Assembly: GCA_002104905.1 (NCBI GenBank)
Contig: MCFE01000149.1
Span: forward strand, 62,001-126,000
Length of the DNA stretch: 64,000 nt
Reading direction: 5' to 3'
Source of the DNA: Basidiobolus meristosporus CBS 931.73
Lineage: Eukaryota; Fungi; Basidiobolomycota
The notes below the pieces were generated by a model. That model saw only the letters and a program-made list of their open reading frames with translations, ran no database searches and was not told the DNA's origin. Shown piece after piece: positions 36,523 to 47,551 of this stretch (positions are counted from its first letter, which is position 1; every line of letters starts with the position of its first letter). Position numbers and translations under genes: made by a program.

Positions 36523-38567
36523 ATTATGCATGATGCATTTTCAATTGACACAAATCAGATCTTGTCAATTGCAAATTTTCTTGTCGATCATAGACTTGGG
36601 GTAAATTCTAAATAAAGTCCCCAAGTCATTAGACTTGTTCCATTGGATAGTGCCACATTGAGCCATGAGTGCCAAATCATGCCATAGTGTGCCAGAGAGG
36701 TCAAGTGGGCCTATATGTGGCCACAGAGTGTGAAATATAGCTCTGCATCTTCATGTAAAGCAGCCCCTGTGTTTCACCCATTGCGCAGGAGAAAATCCAT
36801 TTTTTGACCTTTTTTTGTGGATCAATGTAGCTCAGGATGTGTAAGAGCACAGGAGAGCTGAAGATATGCATCTGGTACTCAATACCCATGGCACTCTGAA
36901 TCTAGCTCCTGTAGCTTGTATCATGTCACAAAAATGAATGGCACTATCTTGGTCCACTGGTACTATCTGGCACTATAAGTGCTTTGTATAGATCTTACTT
37001 TAGGGCTAATATTTAAATATAGTGCCAGATAGTACCAGTGGACCAAGATAGTGCCATTCATTTTTGTGACATGATACAAGCAACAGGAGCTAGATTCAGA
37101 GTGCCATGGGTATTGAGTACCAGATGCATATCTTAAATCTGCTTGTGCTCTAAAACATCCTGCACAACATTGATCCAAAAAAAAAGGTCAAAAAATGGAT
37201 TTTCTTCAACACAATGGGTGAAATACAGGGGCTGCTTTGCATGAAGATGCGGAGCTATGTTTCACACTCTGTGGGCAGGTAGAGGCTCACTTGGCCTCTC
37301 TGGCACACTATGGCATCATTTGGCACTCATGGCTCAATGTGGCACTATCCAATGGAACAAGTCTATTGTTTGAGGATGATTTTTGCAATATATTGATGGG
37401 ATACAAGGCATTGATGGAGATTTAATCAAGTGCATAGAAAATCAGATAAATAAAGCCAATTGTGCCAAGTTGATTCATATCACCTCTACCCAATCTTGTA
37501 TCAATTTAAATATGGCTTACTCATCTGAATGGTCTTTTCTTATTAATCCCATTACTACCACCAGATACACTTTTGACACATCAGAGGAGATCTATACTAA
37601 GTACTGTGGACCAACTACCTCAATCTACTCAGGGAGATTCATGGCTAAGCTTCTCTGCTATTATATGGGCTATTGCCTAACAAAGTTTCATCCTACCATC
37701 CTTGACAAAAAAAATCCTAGAAGCTTTCATTCTCAACTAACAGCAATGAAGAACCACCTTGCAGAGGGTATGAATGACTTAGAGCAAACTTAAAATACTA
37801 GGTTCAGAGGCTCCAATAGACTTCCATATCCCAGCATGTTCAGCAATAGGTTCCATATCAGGAGTATATGGATACCTTCCCAGTCAGGATTTACATACCC
37901 TCTAGAGGGCAGAGAAATGTTTATTCTAGCAAATACATGGTTCACTGTGTGAAGTTTCAAGCACCGTCTGACATTGAGTGTGATATCATCTGGTTTAGTA
38001 ATCAATTTGCTGGAGGTAGGTATGACAAAGCACTCTGGGTAGAAAATCATACCATATTCAGTAGAGGGGAGAAATGTATGGCAGACATAGCTTATATAAG
38101 AGAGGATTGTCAGAGATTAGAAAATATTTCTGCTCATAGGAAGCCAAGGAATGGAGTGCCTAGCAGGAAGCAGAAGCTCTACAATGAGATATTTAATTAT
38201 TTCAGAGTGAGAGTAGAGCATATATTTGGAAATGTAAAGAGACTCAGCATAGTGGCAGGTAAATACAGTGGAAAGTCATTCAAACAAGAAAAAGCACAAT
38301 AGATAAAATAGTAAAGATACTTATTAATTCACAGTAAATCCAAGCAAGAAGACATCCACTGAGAGAAATGTGTCTGGAGGATTATGAAGAGTAAATAAAG
38401 CAAGAAAAGAGCCTTTCTGAGCAGCATCATCATGATTGAGTAAAAATGCCAGTTACTGTATCCTACCACTGTAAATATGGTAGATATTAGAGTGCCATAT
38501 GGTGCCATAAGGCATCATATTGATCTGGCGCTAAATACAGGCTGGCACTATCTAATAGAACTTGTCC
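36523..38567 (+). mobile_element. PHIS copy 2 (partial): inter-ORF region, transposase pseudogene 37512-38302, degenerate terminus
   Basis: Reverse-complement paralog of 29202-30520; one TGG>TAA stop and a 1-nt deletion; MITE inserted at 36631. Confidence 0.85.
36631..37364. mobile_element. Fold-back MITE, 734 bp, TSD ATT, inserted in its own family's inter-ORF region
   Basis: Same arms and spacer as 19117-19849; ATT at 36628-36630 and 37365-37367; the empty site (AAGCC-ATT-GTTTGAAG, reverse strand) is visible at ~42015-42035. Confidence 0.93.
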
Positions 38568-38829
38568 ATAGCTTGAATAAAGCACCTATGGCCCCCTGCA
38601 TATTTATCTCTACAAACATGCACACCTGCTGCAATTGACATACTTCTATCACCTCAACTTGACAGGTTTTTATTGTAATACTGGCAAAGTTGGCATGTAC
38701 CTTGTATTGCTGGTAACATATACATCCCAACACATATGCTTGGTTACCACCACTTTTGCCATGAATACCTCCTGAAAATCCGCAAAGAACTTTTTGGTCT
38801 TTAGCCAATATATTCCTCCTCCCAGCTGG

Positions 38830-39620
38830 ATTTGAGTTCCCCTTACAGGTGTGCTCTGGCTCTTGTTTGTATAAATACATATTGAATGGTGTAGAAATTG
38901 GCCTGTGATTAAGTGAAACCCAGTATACTTTGGTAGAGCTTTCCTAAAGAAAATTAGTTGCTTATTACACCCAGCCCAACTTTGCATTACTTAACTGATT
39001 ACCCTCATATTGGGGCTGCTTATCTTCTTAATCCCATAGGAATAGGTGACTCCATGAATACATTGGTCCTGAGTATTTTCTAACTCTTCCTGGCAGTCCT
39101 CTATGCACCAACTCATTCATGAAGGACTTGAAGGTGATATTCTTGATGAAGTTGGGATATGGTATTACCTGCAACTAGATTTGTCTTCCTATCTCCCCAC
39201 ACATTTGCTCCATAGGAAACTCCTAAAGGTGAAGCAAGGCCCAATACTCTCCACACACCAAGTACAATGGAGTAGAGTATGATACAATAGTGACAGAGAT
39301 CTATGTGCTCAGCTTTATGTCTGTAGTATAGCCGCTCAAATCCTGTGACAAACTCCTTGCACAAAAGCTGTAAATATACCAAGTTGGCATTGGTGATCCA
39401 GTTCTAGATAAGTATTCCTACAGTGTCCACATATGACTCCAAATGCTTCCAATGTACTCTCAATAGGCATGGCTTCAGAATGCCACTTGAATAAACACAT
39501 ATCCAGCTCATCCAGTCCATGTACTTTTATTGCTACATGTGCATATGAATGTTGATTGGAGCCTGTGAGAAGTGGTATAATAGTGGTCTCCTGATGGGAT
39601 CTTGACAGTTGATCCAGATT
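38830..39620 (-). pseudogene. CACTA/EnSpm-type transposase C-terminal remnant
   Basis: Across frameshifts: EFVTGFERLYY...LC...HTLLH...IGP...FPMEQMCGEIGRQI...PYPN, matching the FV..FE.LYY...H.L.H...GP...F.MER..G pattern of fungal Tnp2-like proteins. Confidence 0.65.
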
Positions 39621-39644
39621 GGATCCACCTGCAGGACCAAATTA

Positions 39645-39937
39645 CTTTCCATAGTGTGTTTGAAAAAGAGGCAATAGCCAATTACAATGCACACAAATGT
39701 TGGAGGTGATAGAGTGTCTGGGATCAGAAAGTGAGAAAAATTGACAGAGAACCAATGAAAAGCCACTTTTTTATTGTGGTGATGAAAAATTTTGACTAAG
39801 TTGTTTACAAGAACTAGGGTGCAATTATTTTTTGATGGTTTTTGCATGGTGTCCTAACAGGATCAATACCTCTTTGTCATGGGACCTAATTTTGTGATGT
39901 CCTTGTGACAGGATCATCACAATTATTTTTCATAGGG
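39645..39937. repeat. Terminal region ending TTTTTCATAGGG (copy of 3940-4242)
   Basis: Direct repeat of 3940-4242; same terminus as the CCCT mini-elements. Confidence 0.65.
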
Positions 39938-40172
39938 CTTCTACACCTTTAAATAGGGAATTCATATAAATAAACACCAGAGCACACATAGAAGGGAGAC
40001 CAGAATATAACATGGAGCAGAAATATACCGGCTTGGGACCTAAAAGTACTGTACAGATGTCTAAGAGGTGTTCAGGTTAAGAGTGGCAGCAACCAAGTAT
40101 ATGTATGTAGCATGTATATTTTGTATGTATAGATTTAAAAGTTGTAGAGGAATAGGGAGTTGAGCTTGTATT

Positions 40173-40493
40173 AGACTTGTTCTTTTGGATTGTGCCACAT
40201 TCAGCCATGAGTGCCAAATGATGCCATACTATGCCAGGGAGGCCAAGTGATCCTATTCTTGGCCACAGAGTGTGAAACATAGCTCTGCATGCTCATGCAA
40301 TGCCGCCCCTGTGTTTCTCCTATTGTGTTGGAGAAAATCCATTTTTTGACCTTTTCTTTTAGGTCCATGTTGAGCAGGATGTGTAAGTGCACAAAAGGAT
40401 TGAAGATATGCATCTGGTACTCAATACCCATGGCACTCTGAATCTAGCTCCTGTGGCTTGTAACATGTCAGAAAAATGCATGCCACTATCTTG
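40173..40493. mobile_element. Half MITE (left arm only)
   Basis: ATT-AGACTTGTTC... matches the arm of 36631-36977, then breaks off. Confidence 0.85.
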
Positions 40494-40496
40494 GCT

Positions 40497-40985
40497 GACA
40501 AGTCAAGTTGCAGGTATTACCATATCCTAATATCATCAAGAAGATTACCTTTAAGTCTGTCATGGATGTAATGAGATGGCATATGGAGGACAGCCAGGAA
40601 GAGTTGGAAAATACTGAGGATAGATGTACACATGAAGATAGCTATGCCCATGGAATTAAGAAGCTAAGCAGTCCTAATGCATAGGTAATCAGTTAAGTAA
40701 TGCAAAGTTGGGTTGGATACAACAAGCAACCAATTTTTATTAGGACAACTTTACCAAGGAATCCCAGGTTTCTCTTGGCCTTGAGCTGGCTTCTGTACTA
40801 TGCAATAGAGAATTCACACAAACAAGAGCTAGAGTGCACCTATAACTCCAAAGAACACCAAGTCTAGCCTGCATAGCAAACCTACTCTGTTACCTTTATA
40901 GCCCAACTCAGCTATATACAAGACCAATATTAGACCAGAACCTCTCTGCTAATATTTCTGTCACTCTTGGCAATTGTAAAATTCT
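40497..40985 (+). repeat. Second copy of the CACTA-like C-terminal region (inverted relative to 38830-39175); 40840-40985 recurs inverted at ~63725-63865
   Basis: AGTTGCAGGTATTACCATATCC and GGTAATCAGTTAAGTAATGCAAAGTTGGG match the reverse complement of 39175-38830. Confidence 0.7.
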
Positions 40986-42992
40986 GTACTTAGTTGTCAC
41001 TTAGGTTCAATTCAATCATTCAAGAGTTTTGTTAAACCTTTCTCTTGGATACAACAGTGTGCACTAACAAGTATCTTAACTATCTTACCTATTCTGCTGC
41101 TTTCTCCTATATATGACTTTGCTCTGCTTTTACCTGCCAATATGTTGAATCTCTTTAGATATCCAAGTGTATGTTCCATCCTCATTGTGAAGTGATTAAC
41201 TATCTTATTGTTGAGCTTCTGCTTTCTATCAAGCACACCATTCCTTGGTTTCCTATAAGCTGTAATGCATCTCAACTCGGACAATCCTCTCCTATACCAG
41301 CCAAGTTTGCTGAGCATTTCTCCCCAGTACTGAATTCAGGATGATGCTCTACCCCAAGTGCTTTGTCATGCCTACTTCAGCAAATGGCCCACTAAACCAC
41401 ATGATGTTACCCCTAATGCCAGGCAGGGTGTGAAATGTAACACAGAGTGCCTTGTACTTGCAAAGTAAAAGTTCCTCTGCCTTCTAGAAGGTCTACTAAT
41501 CCTGACTGGGATGGTATCCTAAATTCTGCTGATATGGAACCTGTAGCTGAATACTCTGGGATATGTAAGTCTATTGGAGCTTCTGAGCCTTGTATTCCAA
41601 GCTTACTCTAAGTCATTCATGTGCTCTGCAAGGTGATTCTCCATTGCTACCAGCTGAGAATAAAAGTTTTGATGACTTTTGTTGTCATGGATGGTAGGGC
41701 AAAACCTTTTGGGGCAATAGTTCTTGTAATAGCAGAGAAGATTAACATGGGATCTCCTTGAGTAGATTGGGGTAGATGGTCCACAGCACCTGGTAAAGAT
41801 CTCCTTTGATATGTCAAAAGGATATTCAGTGATGGTGATGGGATGTATGATAAAAGACCATTCAGATGAGTAAGTGATATTAGGATTGGTAGGTGATTGG
41901 GTACATGTGAATCAAATCAATTTGGCACAATCAGCTTAATTGATCTGACTTTCCATGAATTATTATTGAATGTCCATCAATTGCCATGTATCTATCATTA
42001 TGTTGCAAAAATCATCTTCAAACAATGGCTTGGTGATTTAATCACAAGTCTATTATAAAATAGGAAATCTGCAAGTGACATGATCTGATCTGTGCCAATG
42101 CAATTGAAGATGCTTCCTGCATAATATATGGAAAATTCAATAATCTCATTAGATTTCATATATATTTCAAATAAGACCAGGTTGATGCCAGTATACTGCT
42201 GTATAGGTACTCAAATTTGTCACTATGGCCCCTATGCCAAATCTCAACTCATCTTTAGTACAACCCAGACAAAACCCATCCCTCAGCTCACATGCATGGT
42301 CTGGACTGGAAAAGTTGATGTTAGATCTGTTCAAGCTCTTGTCCAATGATTTTAGTATGGCCCAAGTGTCTATGATGAGCCTTCATACAGATATTTGGGC
42401 ACTACGTATTAGTCCAACAGAGCTGGGTACCTCAGAGAGTTAACCAAGAGGAAAGAATCAGAATAGAAAGCTGTGGCATGAGCTCTACATCAAGTTGCCA
42501 GCAGATTTATGTAAGACAATATTTAACAAGACAAGTATTGAAATCAAGAATGAGCTCAGAGTGAAGGGATTTGCTGAGGAAGCCACACCAGAACAATTCT
42601 GTGAGAACTTGTATAGTACATGCCATATGTGTCCATTTGTATCTCAATGTTGGGAAGCAAGGAGATCTTGAATGAGTTCTTGCCTCAAATGACTAATGTA
42701 TTATGTGATGTGTTAGTAGAGCTAAGTGGCTTCCAAGAGCACAGGACTCATCAAGGCAACACATCCATAGTGACAGACAGAAGGTAAGTGAATACCTTGA
42801 GGAATCAGAAAGTAAGCTTCAAGAGGAGGAATAAACACTGTAAGCAACTGTGTCTAGATTGTGCCAGCACACCATGCTGGGTTCCATACCATCCCTTGCA
42901 ATGCTGGCACACTGGTGCACATCAGTCCAGTCCATGCCAACATCCTTTACAAGAGTGCACTGCATTGTGTTAACCTGCATTAGGTCAACATG

Positions 42993-43309
42993 CCCTAAGA
43001 AAAAAAATTGAGAAAAGGCCAGCAAAAAACCATAATAGTATCAGCTGAATTCCAAGTTTCTCAAAATTGACAACTCTCTATATCTCTGTTTTTAGTGATG
43101 GGCAGTCAAGCAAAGTTCTCCAGGAGGAGACTAGGCAAACTAACATCCATACCAAGTCTGGTAATTAGCTGCCCATAACTTTGCTCAAAAGTTGCATTTG
43201 AAATTTTGAACCTGAAACACCAGCTGAATACCAGCAAAATACCATTAGAATACAAGCAGAATACCAGCTAAAAATCAGATGAATTTCAAGTTTGAAATTT
43301 TTCAAAGGG
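42993..43309. mobile_element. 317-bp CCCT...AGGG non-autonomous mini-element inserted in PHIS ORF2
   Basis: Absent from the paralogous site at ~31395; ends CCCTAAGAAAAA / TTTTTCAAAGGG; internal AATACCAGC repeats; flanked by CATG on both sides. Confidence 0.75.
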
Positions 43310-43495
43310 CATGCATGCTTCAGAACAAAACTACCAGAACTTGCCACACTGCTCATTTGAACACAAGTCCATTGGAGCAGGCCAAGTTGCATCAACATGT
43401 AGCATTGCATCTGACTCAGCCAAGGGCCTTGCCAATGTGCCAAGTTATGCCAGTGCATACTAATACACCTGACCATCAGCAAGTTACTTCTGGTG

Positions 43496-43644
43496 AACCT
43501 ACCTTAACCTATTCTACATCTTTGTTATGCTAAGACCATGTAAAAGTATAAATACTACTTTTACATTCAATATATTATAAGTGAAAACCGCGTAATCTAC
43601 TTGTTCTCCCAATCACTTCTAATATCTTCAAGACTCTTACAGCA
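43496..43644 (-). repeat. Partial Copia B LTR
   Basis: Matches 44845-44987 (AAGTATAAATACTAC...AAGACTCTTACA). Confidence 0.8.
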
Positions 43645-44423
43645 GCTTGTGTATTGGTCAATGAGCCAATTGGGAGCTAACAGCTTCAGAATACTTTTAG
43701 ACCAATCAACCACTGGCATAGGGCCCAATTGGAGCAATGGTTACCAAAATGGTGAGTATCAGTGTAGTGTATAGTGCAATATGCATTTATTTCTACTTAC
43801 ATTCAAGAAACATATCCCAATAGCAAATTTTACCTACCACAATAGTAGTCTCCAGTTGTGCACATCATGCAAATATTTCAAGTTGGTGCAATCATCTGTG
43901 CTAATCTCATCATGTCAGATTGTGTCATAGTGTGCAAGATTGTCCCACATGGTGCAATATTGTCCAAATACAATCTTGCCTACTGGTACCTACAATATTG
44001 TGCCCAATTGCTCTTAACAACTACTAAGAGTGCCATGCACCCTGGCACAGTACAATGGAACAAGTCTCATGTTGACAGTGTGCCCACAGAAGGTAATAAT
44101 GCAGACTCCTCAAGCTCTCAGTCAGGAAGGCAATTGAGAATCTGTGTGGAGCTGCAAGCTGACCATAATGCTCCCCTAAGAAAACAAATTGAGAAAAGGT
44201 CAGCAAACTACTATCATAGTATCAGCTGAATTCCAAGTTTCTCAAAATTGACAACTCTCACTATCTTTGTTCTGAGCTGATGGGCAGGCAAGCAAACAAG
44301 CTCTCCAGGAGGACACTAAGCAAACTGGCGTCCATCCCAAATTTGGTAATTAGCTGCCCATTACTTCCATCAAAAATTGCATTTGAAATTATGAACCCAA
44401 AGCACCAGCTGAACACCGCAAAA

Positions 44424-45128
44424 TGTTGTAAGAGTCTTGGAGATATTGGAAGTGATTTGGGAGGACAAGTAGATTATGTGGTTTTCACTTTATGAATTGT
44501 TGAATGTAAAAGTAGTATTTATACTTTTACATGGTCTTGGCATAGCAAACAGCTATAATAGGCTCAAGAAGGCCCCAAGAGCATGTGTGCAAAGTTTGGG
44601 GCTGTTTGAACAACTTTGAGAATTTTCATGTTCTGGGTGTTGTAAAAAATTTGTATTTCCACCTAAATATTCACCTAACTTAGTCACTTAGATCATCACC
44701 TTCAAATCCTAGAGAATACTGACCAAATTCCTTGTCGGGATTTACTTAGAATATTTTCACCAAAATGCCAGGTACCCAGAACATGAAAATTCTCAAAGTT
44801 GTCCAAACAGCCCCAAACTTTGCACACATGTTTTTGGGACCTTCCTTAACCTATTCTACGTGTTTGTAATGCCAAGACCAGGTAAAAGTATAAATACTAC
44901 TTTTACATTCAATAAACCATTAAGTGAAAACCACATAATCTACTTGTTCTCCAAATCACTTCCAATATCTCCAAGACTCTTACAACACTGGGTACCTGGT
45001 ATTTTGGTGAAAATAATCTGAGTGAATCCCAGCAAGGAATTTGGTCAGTATTCTCTAGGATTTGAAGGTAATGATCTAAGTGGCTAAGTTAGGTGAATAT
45101 TTAGGTGGAATTACAAATTTTTATAACA
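44424..45128. repeat. Outer solo Copia B LTR, TSD CAAAA
   Basis: TGTTGTAAG...TATAACA, same orientation as 12098-12446; CAAAA at 44419-44423 and 45129-45133. Confidence 0.9.
44638..44987. repeat. Inner solo Copia B LTR (350 bp, opposite orientation), TSD CTGGG
   Basis: TGTTGTAAAAAA...CTTACAACA; CTGGG at 44633-44637 and 44988-44992. Confidence 0.92.
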
Positions 45129-45638
45129 CAAAATACCATTAGAATACCAGCAGAATAACAGCCAAAAATCAGATGAATTCTAAGTTTGAGATTTTTCATA
45201 GGGATCAGGCATATGAGAATGTAGCAAACACATTACCTTTGGATGAAGACCAGCAGGTGACTGTTATAACATCACCACCACTCATATTAGCAAGTATGGT
45301 GTCAGCTCATACCAAAGCATTAATGAGGCAATTGGGTGCAGTGGCTGATAGGATAGATGCAATGGCCCAGAGAAATCAGGAAGTAGTCCAGAAACAGGAT
45401 GAGTGGATAATACATGTAGAGCAATCAATATCCCAGGTAGAGAAAGCAGTATCTTTGCTGCAAAGTAGGAACTCATCAACTCATACAGGAAGCCATGGAG
45501 AATAACTTTGTTGTCCTAGTTTATTGTTCAAAAGAAGATATCATTGCAGATATATACACCAAAACATCAACTAGTGACACATTAATATTGTCAATCACAA
45601 TTAGGGCTAGTTAAGGTGAGTATCTAGTTAAGCAGGAG

Positions 45639-45984
45639 TTTTGTAAATTTTGTAATTGCACCCAAATTTTCATGCAACTTGGTCTCTTGGATCATTGTAT
45701 ACAAATCTTGGAGAATATTGACCAAACTCCCTGCCAGGACTTACTTGAAATATTTTTACCAAACTATCTGGTACCCAGATCACAATTTCTCAAGGTTGTC
45801 TAAACAGCCCCAACCTTTGAGCACATGTCTTTGGGCCCTTTCTAAGCATATTTTACCTGCTCATCTTGCTAAGACCATGTAAAAGTATAAACACCACTTT
45901 TACAATTGATAAACAATCAAGTGACAACCACTTAATCTAATTGTTCTCCCAATCACTTCTAATATCTCCAACACTCTTACAACA
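45639..45984. repeat. Degenerate solo Copia B LTR
   Basis: Colinear with 44638-44987; no TSD recognised. Confidence 0.8.
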
Positions 45985-46232
45985 GTCAAGCATAAGTCAT
46001 GTGTCAGAAGTACCAGCATGGGTAATTGCCTATTATGAAGAGCACTACATATTGTAATCATATATTGAGTGAAAGATTGCTTATCTAATGAAATATGCAG
46101 GGGTGATGATGGTCCACCTAGGGGATAATCCAGATCAAATAAGATGAAAGAGATAGTACTAATATAAGTGTAGCATAGAGTAGGGAAGCAGAATATATGG
46201 TAATGTGCACATTAATTAGTAGGTGGTATTAT

Positions 46233-46577
46233 TGTTGTGATTATTAAGTTGTCACCTAAATATTCATGCTAACTAAGTCACATAGATCAAATTCTTTGAT
46301 TAGCATTCTGTCCTGACCAAATTTCTTGTTGGGACTTGGAAAATTTTCAACAAATTATTAGGTACCCAGATTAGGGACTTTCTCAAAGTTGTCCAAAAGA
46401 CCCCACACTTGGCACACATATTCTTGGGACCTTCCTTAGTAAACTCTACATATTTGTTAGCTCTACTTTATCAAAAGTATAGATACCATACTTTTGATCA
46501 ATAAATCCAAAAGTGAATAACATGTGAATCCTCTAATTCTCCCCATCACTTCCAATACTCCTCAGAATATTGCAACA
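46233..46577. repeat. Solo Copia B LTR (345 bp), TSD ATTAT
   Basis: TGTTGTG...TGCAACA; ATTAT at 46228-46232 and 46578-46582. Confidence 0.85.
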
Positions 46578-47284
46578 ATTATGACCCTGGCTCAGTGGGG
46601 TGAGTGAGTGGGCATGTTATCACTGCTGATGCTATATGGTATCAGCATGGGATATCTAATGGAATGTCCATGATTTTCCAGCAGGTGATTAGTAAATGGA
46701 TAGGTTCTGTTTGATTAACAATCATCAATGACTTGGCTGATAGTCAAGATACATTACAATCACACAGCAGGATTTTCTTGATGACCAGTGGACAAGAGAT
46801 GAACTACAAGCCAAGGCTCCTATGACCAGATCTGGGAGTAAGATATTAAAGGGTTGAGGGAAACTGCGGATATACAGCAGCTCACCAGGATACTGGGGTG
46901 AAGATATGGTCATGGCCATGGCCACAGCAACCGCTTCCCAGTTGCTGTGCCCTAATGGCAAAACGACCAATCGGTGTTTTCCAAGCAAATCCGGACAGCA
47001 GGAATGGCATTCCCATACGAATATGAAGCTCTACCAGGGCAGATGCTGTGGGTGCTCCGGTTGTCATTGTTGCAATTCCTCCTACATTGCATCGCTCGAA
47101 TACCCTTGCAACGTCCACCGGGTGCAGTGGTTCACATCATACATTTATTGCAAGGCAGAAATCAAAAGAGGAGATTATGTATCGGGCATTGAGAAGATGA
47201 ACACGACTCAACGGGGGAGGGAAAGGTGGTGAATGCAGGAGATAGGAAAAGAAACTGAAGCGGAAGTGGAAACATCAAGACAAA

Positions 47285-47314
47285 GAGAAAGAGAAAGAGA
47301 AAGAGAAAGAGAAA
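47285..47314 (+). repeat. (GAGAAA)5 microsatellite
   Basis: Five perfect hexamers, downstream of the WTAP stop. Confidence 0.95.
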
Positions 47315-47551
47315 CTGAGATGGAAAATGAAAGCGGGCACCGGATTCCGGATGAACCACCACATCCAAGGAATCCGCCCCAAAAGTCCGGTAAGTAAATC
47401 TGAAAGGGAGTCGAGTCCAAGTTCCCGAAAAATAAGTCCATTCCCTCACAGGTAGAGTCCCGTCGGGTAGCCGGGTCGAGGTAGAAAAAGAAAACCACGC
47501 GGTCCCAGGGAGATCTGGTGGGGTCCTTGCCGAACCCACGACGATCTCCGG

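Larger units (their letters stand above)
41000..44067. mobile_element. PHIS copy 3: transposase pseudogene (minus, ~41012-41870), ORF2 remnant and intact right TIR; left end lost
   Basis: Colinear with 29450-31590 and 33290-33670; ends TACAATGGAACAAGTCT at 44067. Confidence 0.85.
44174..45203. mobile_element. Second CCCT mini-element, interrupted by two nested solo LTRs
   Basis: 44174-44423 plus 45129-45203 rejoin into a paralog of 42993-43309. Confidence 0.8.
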
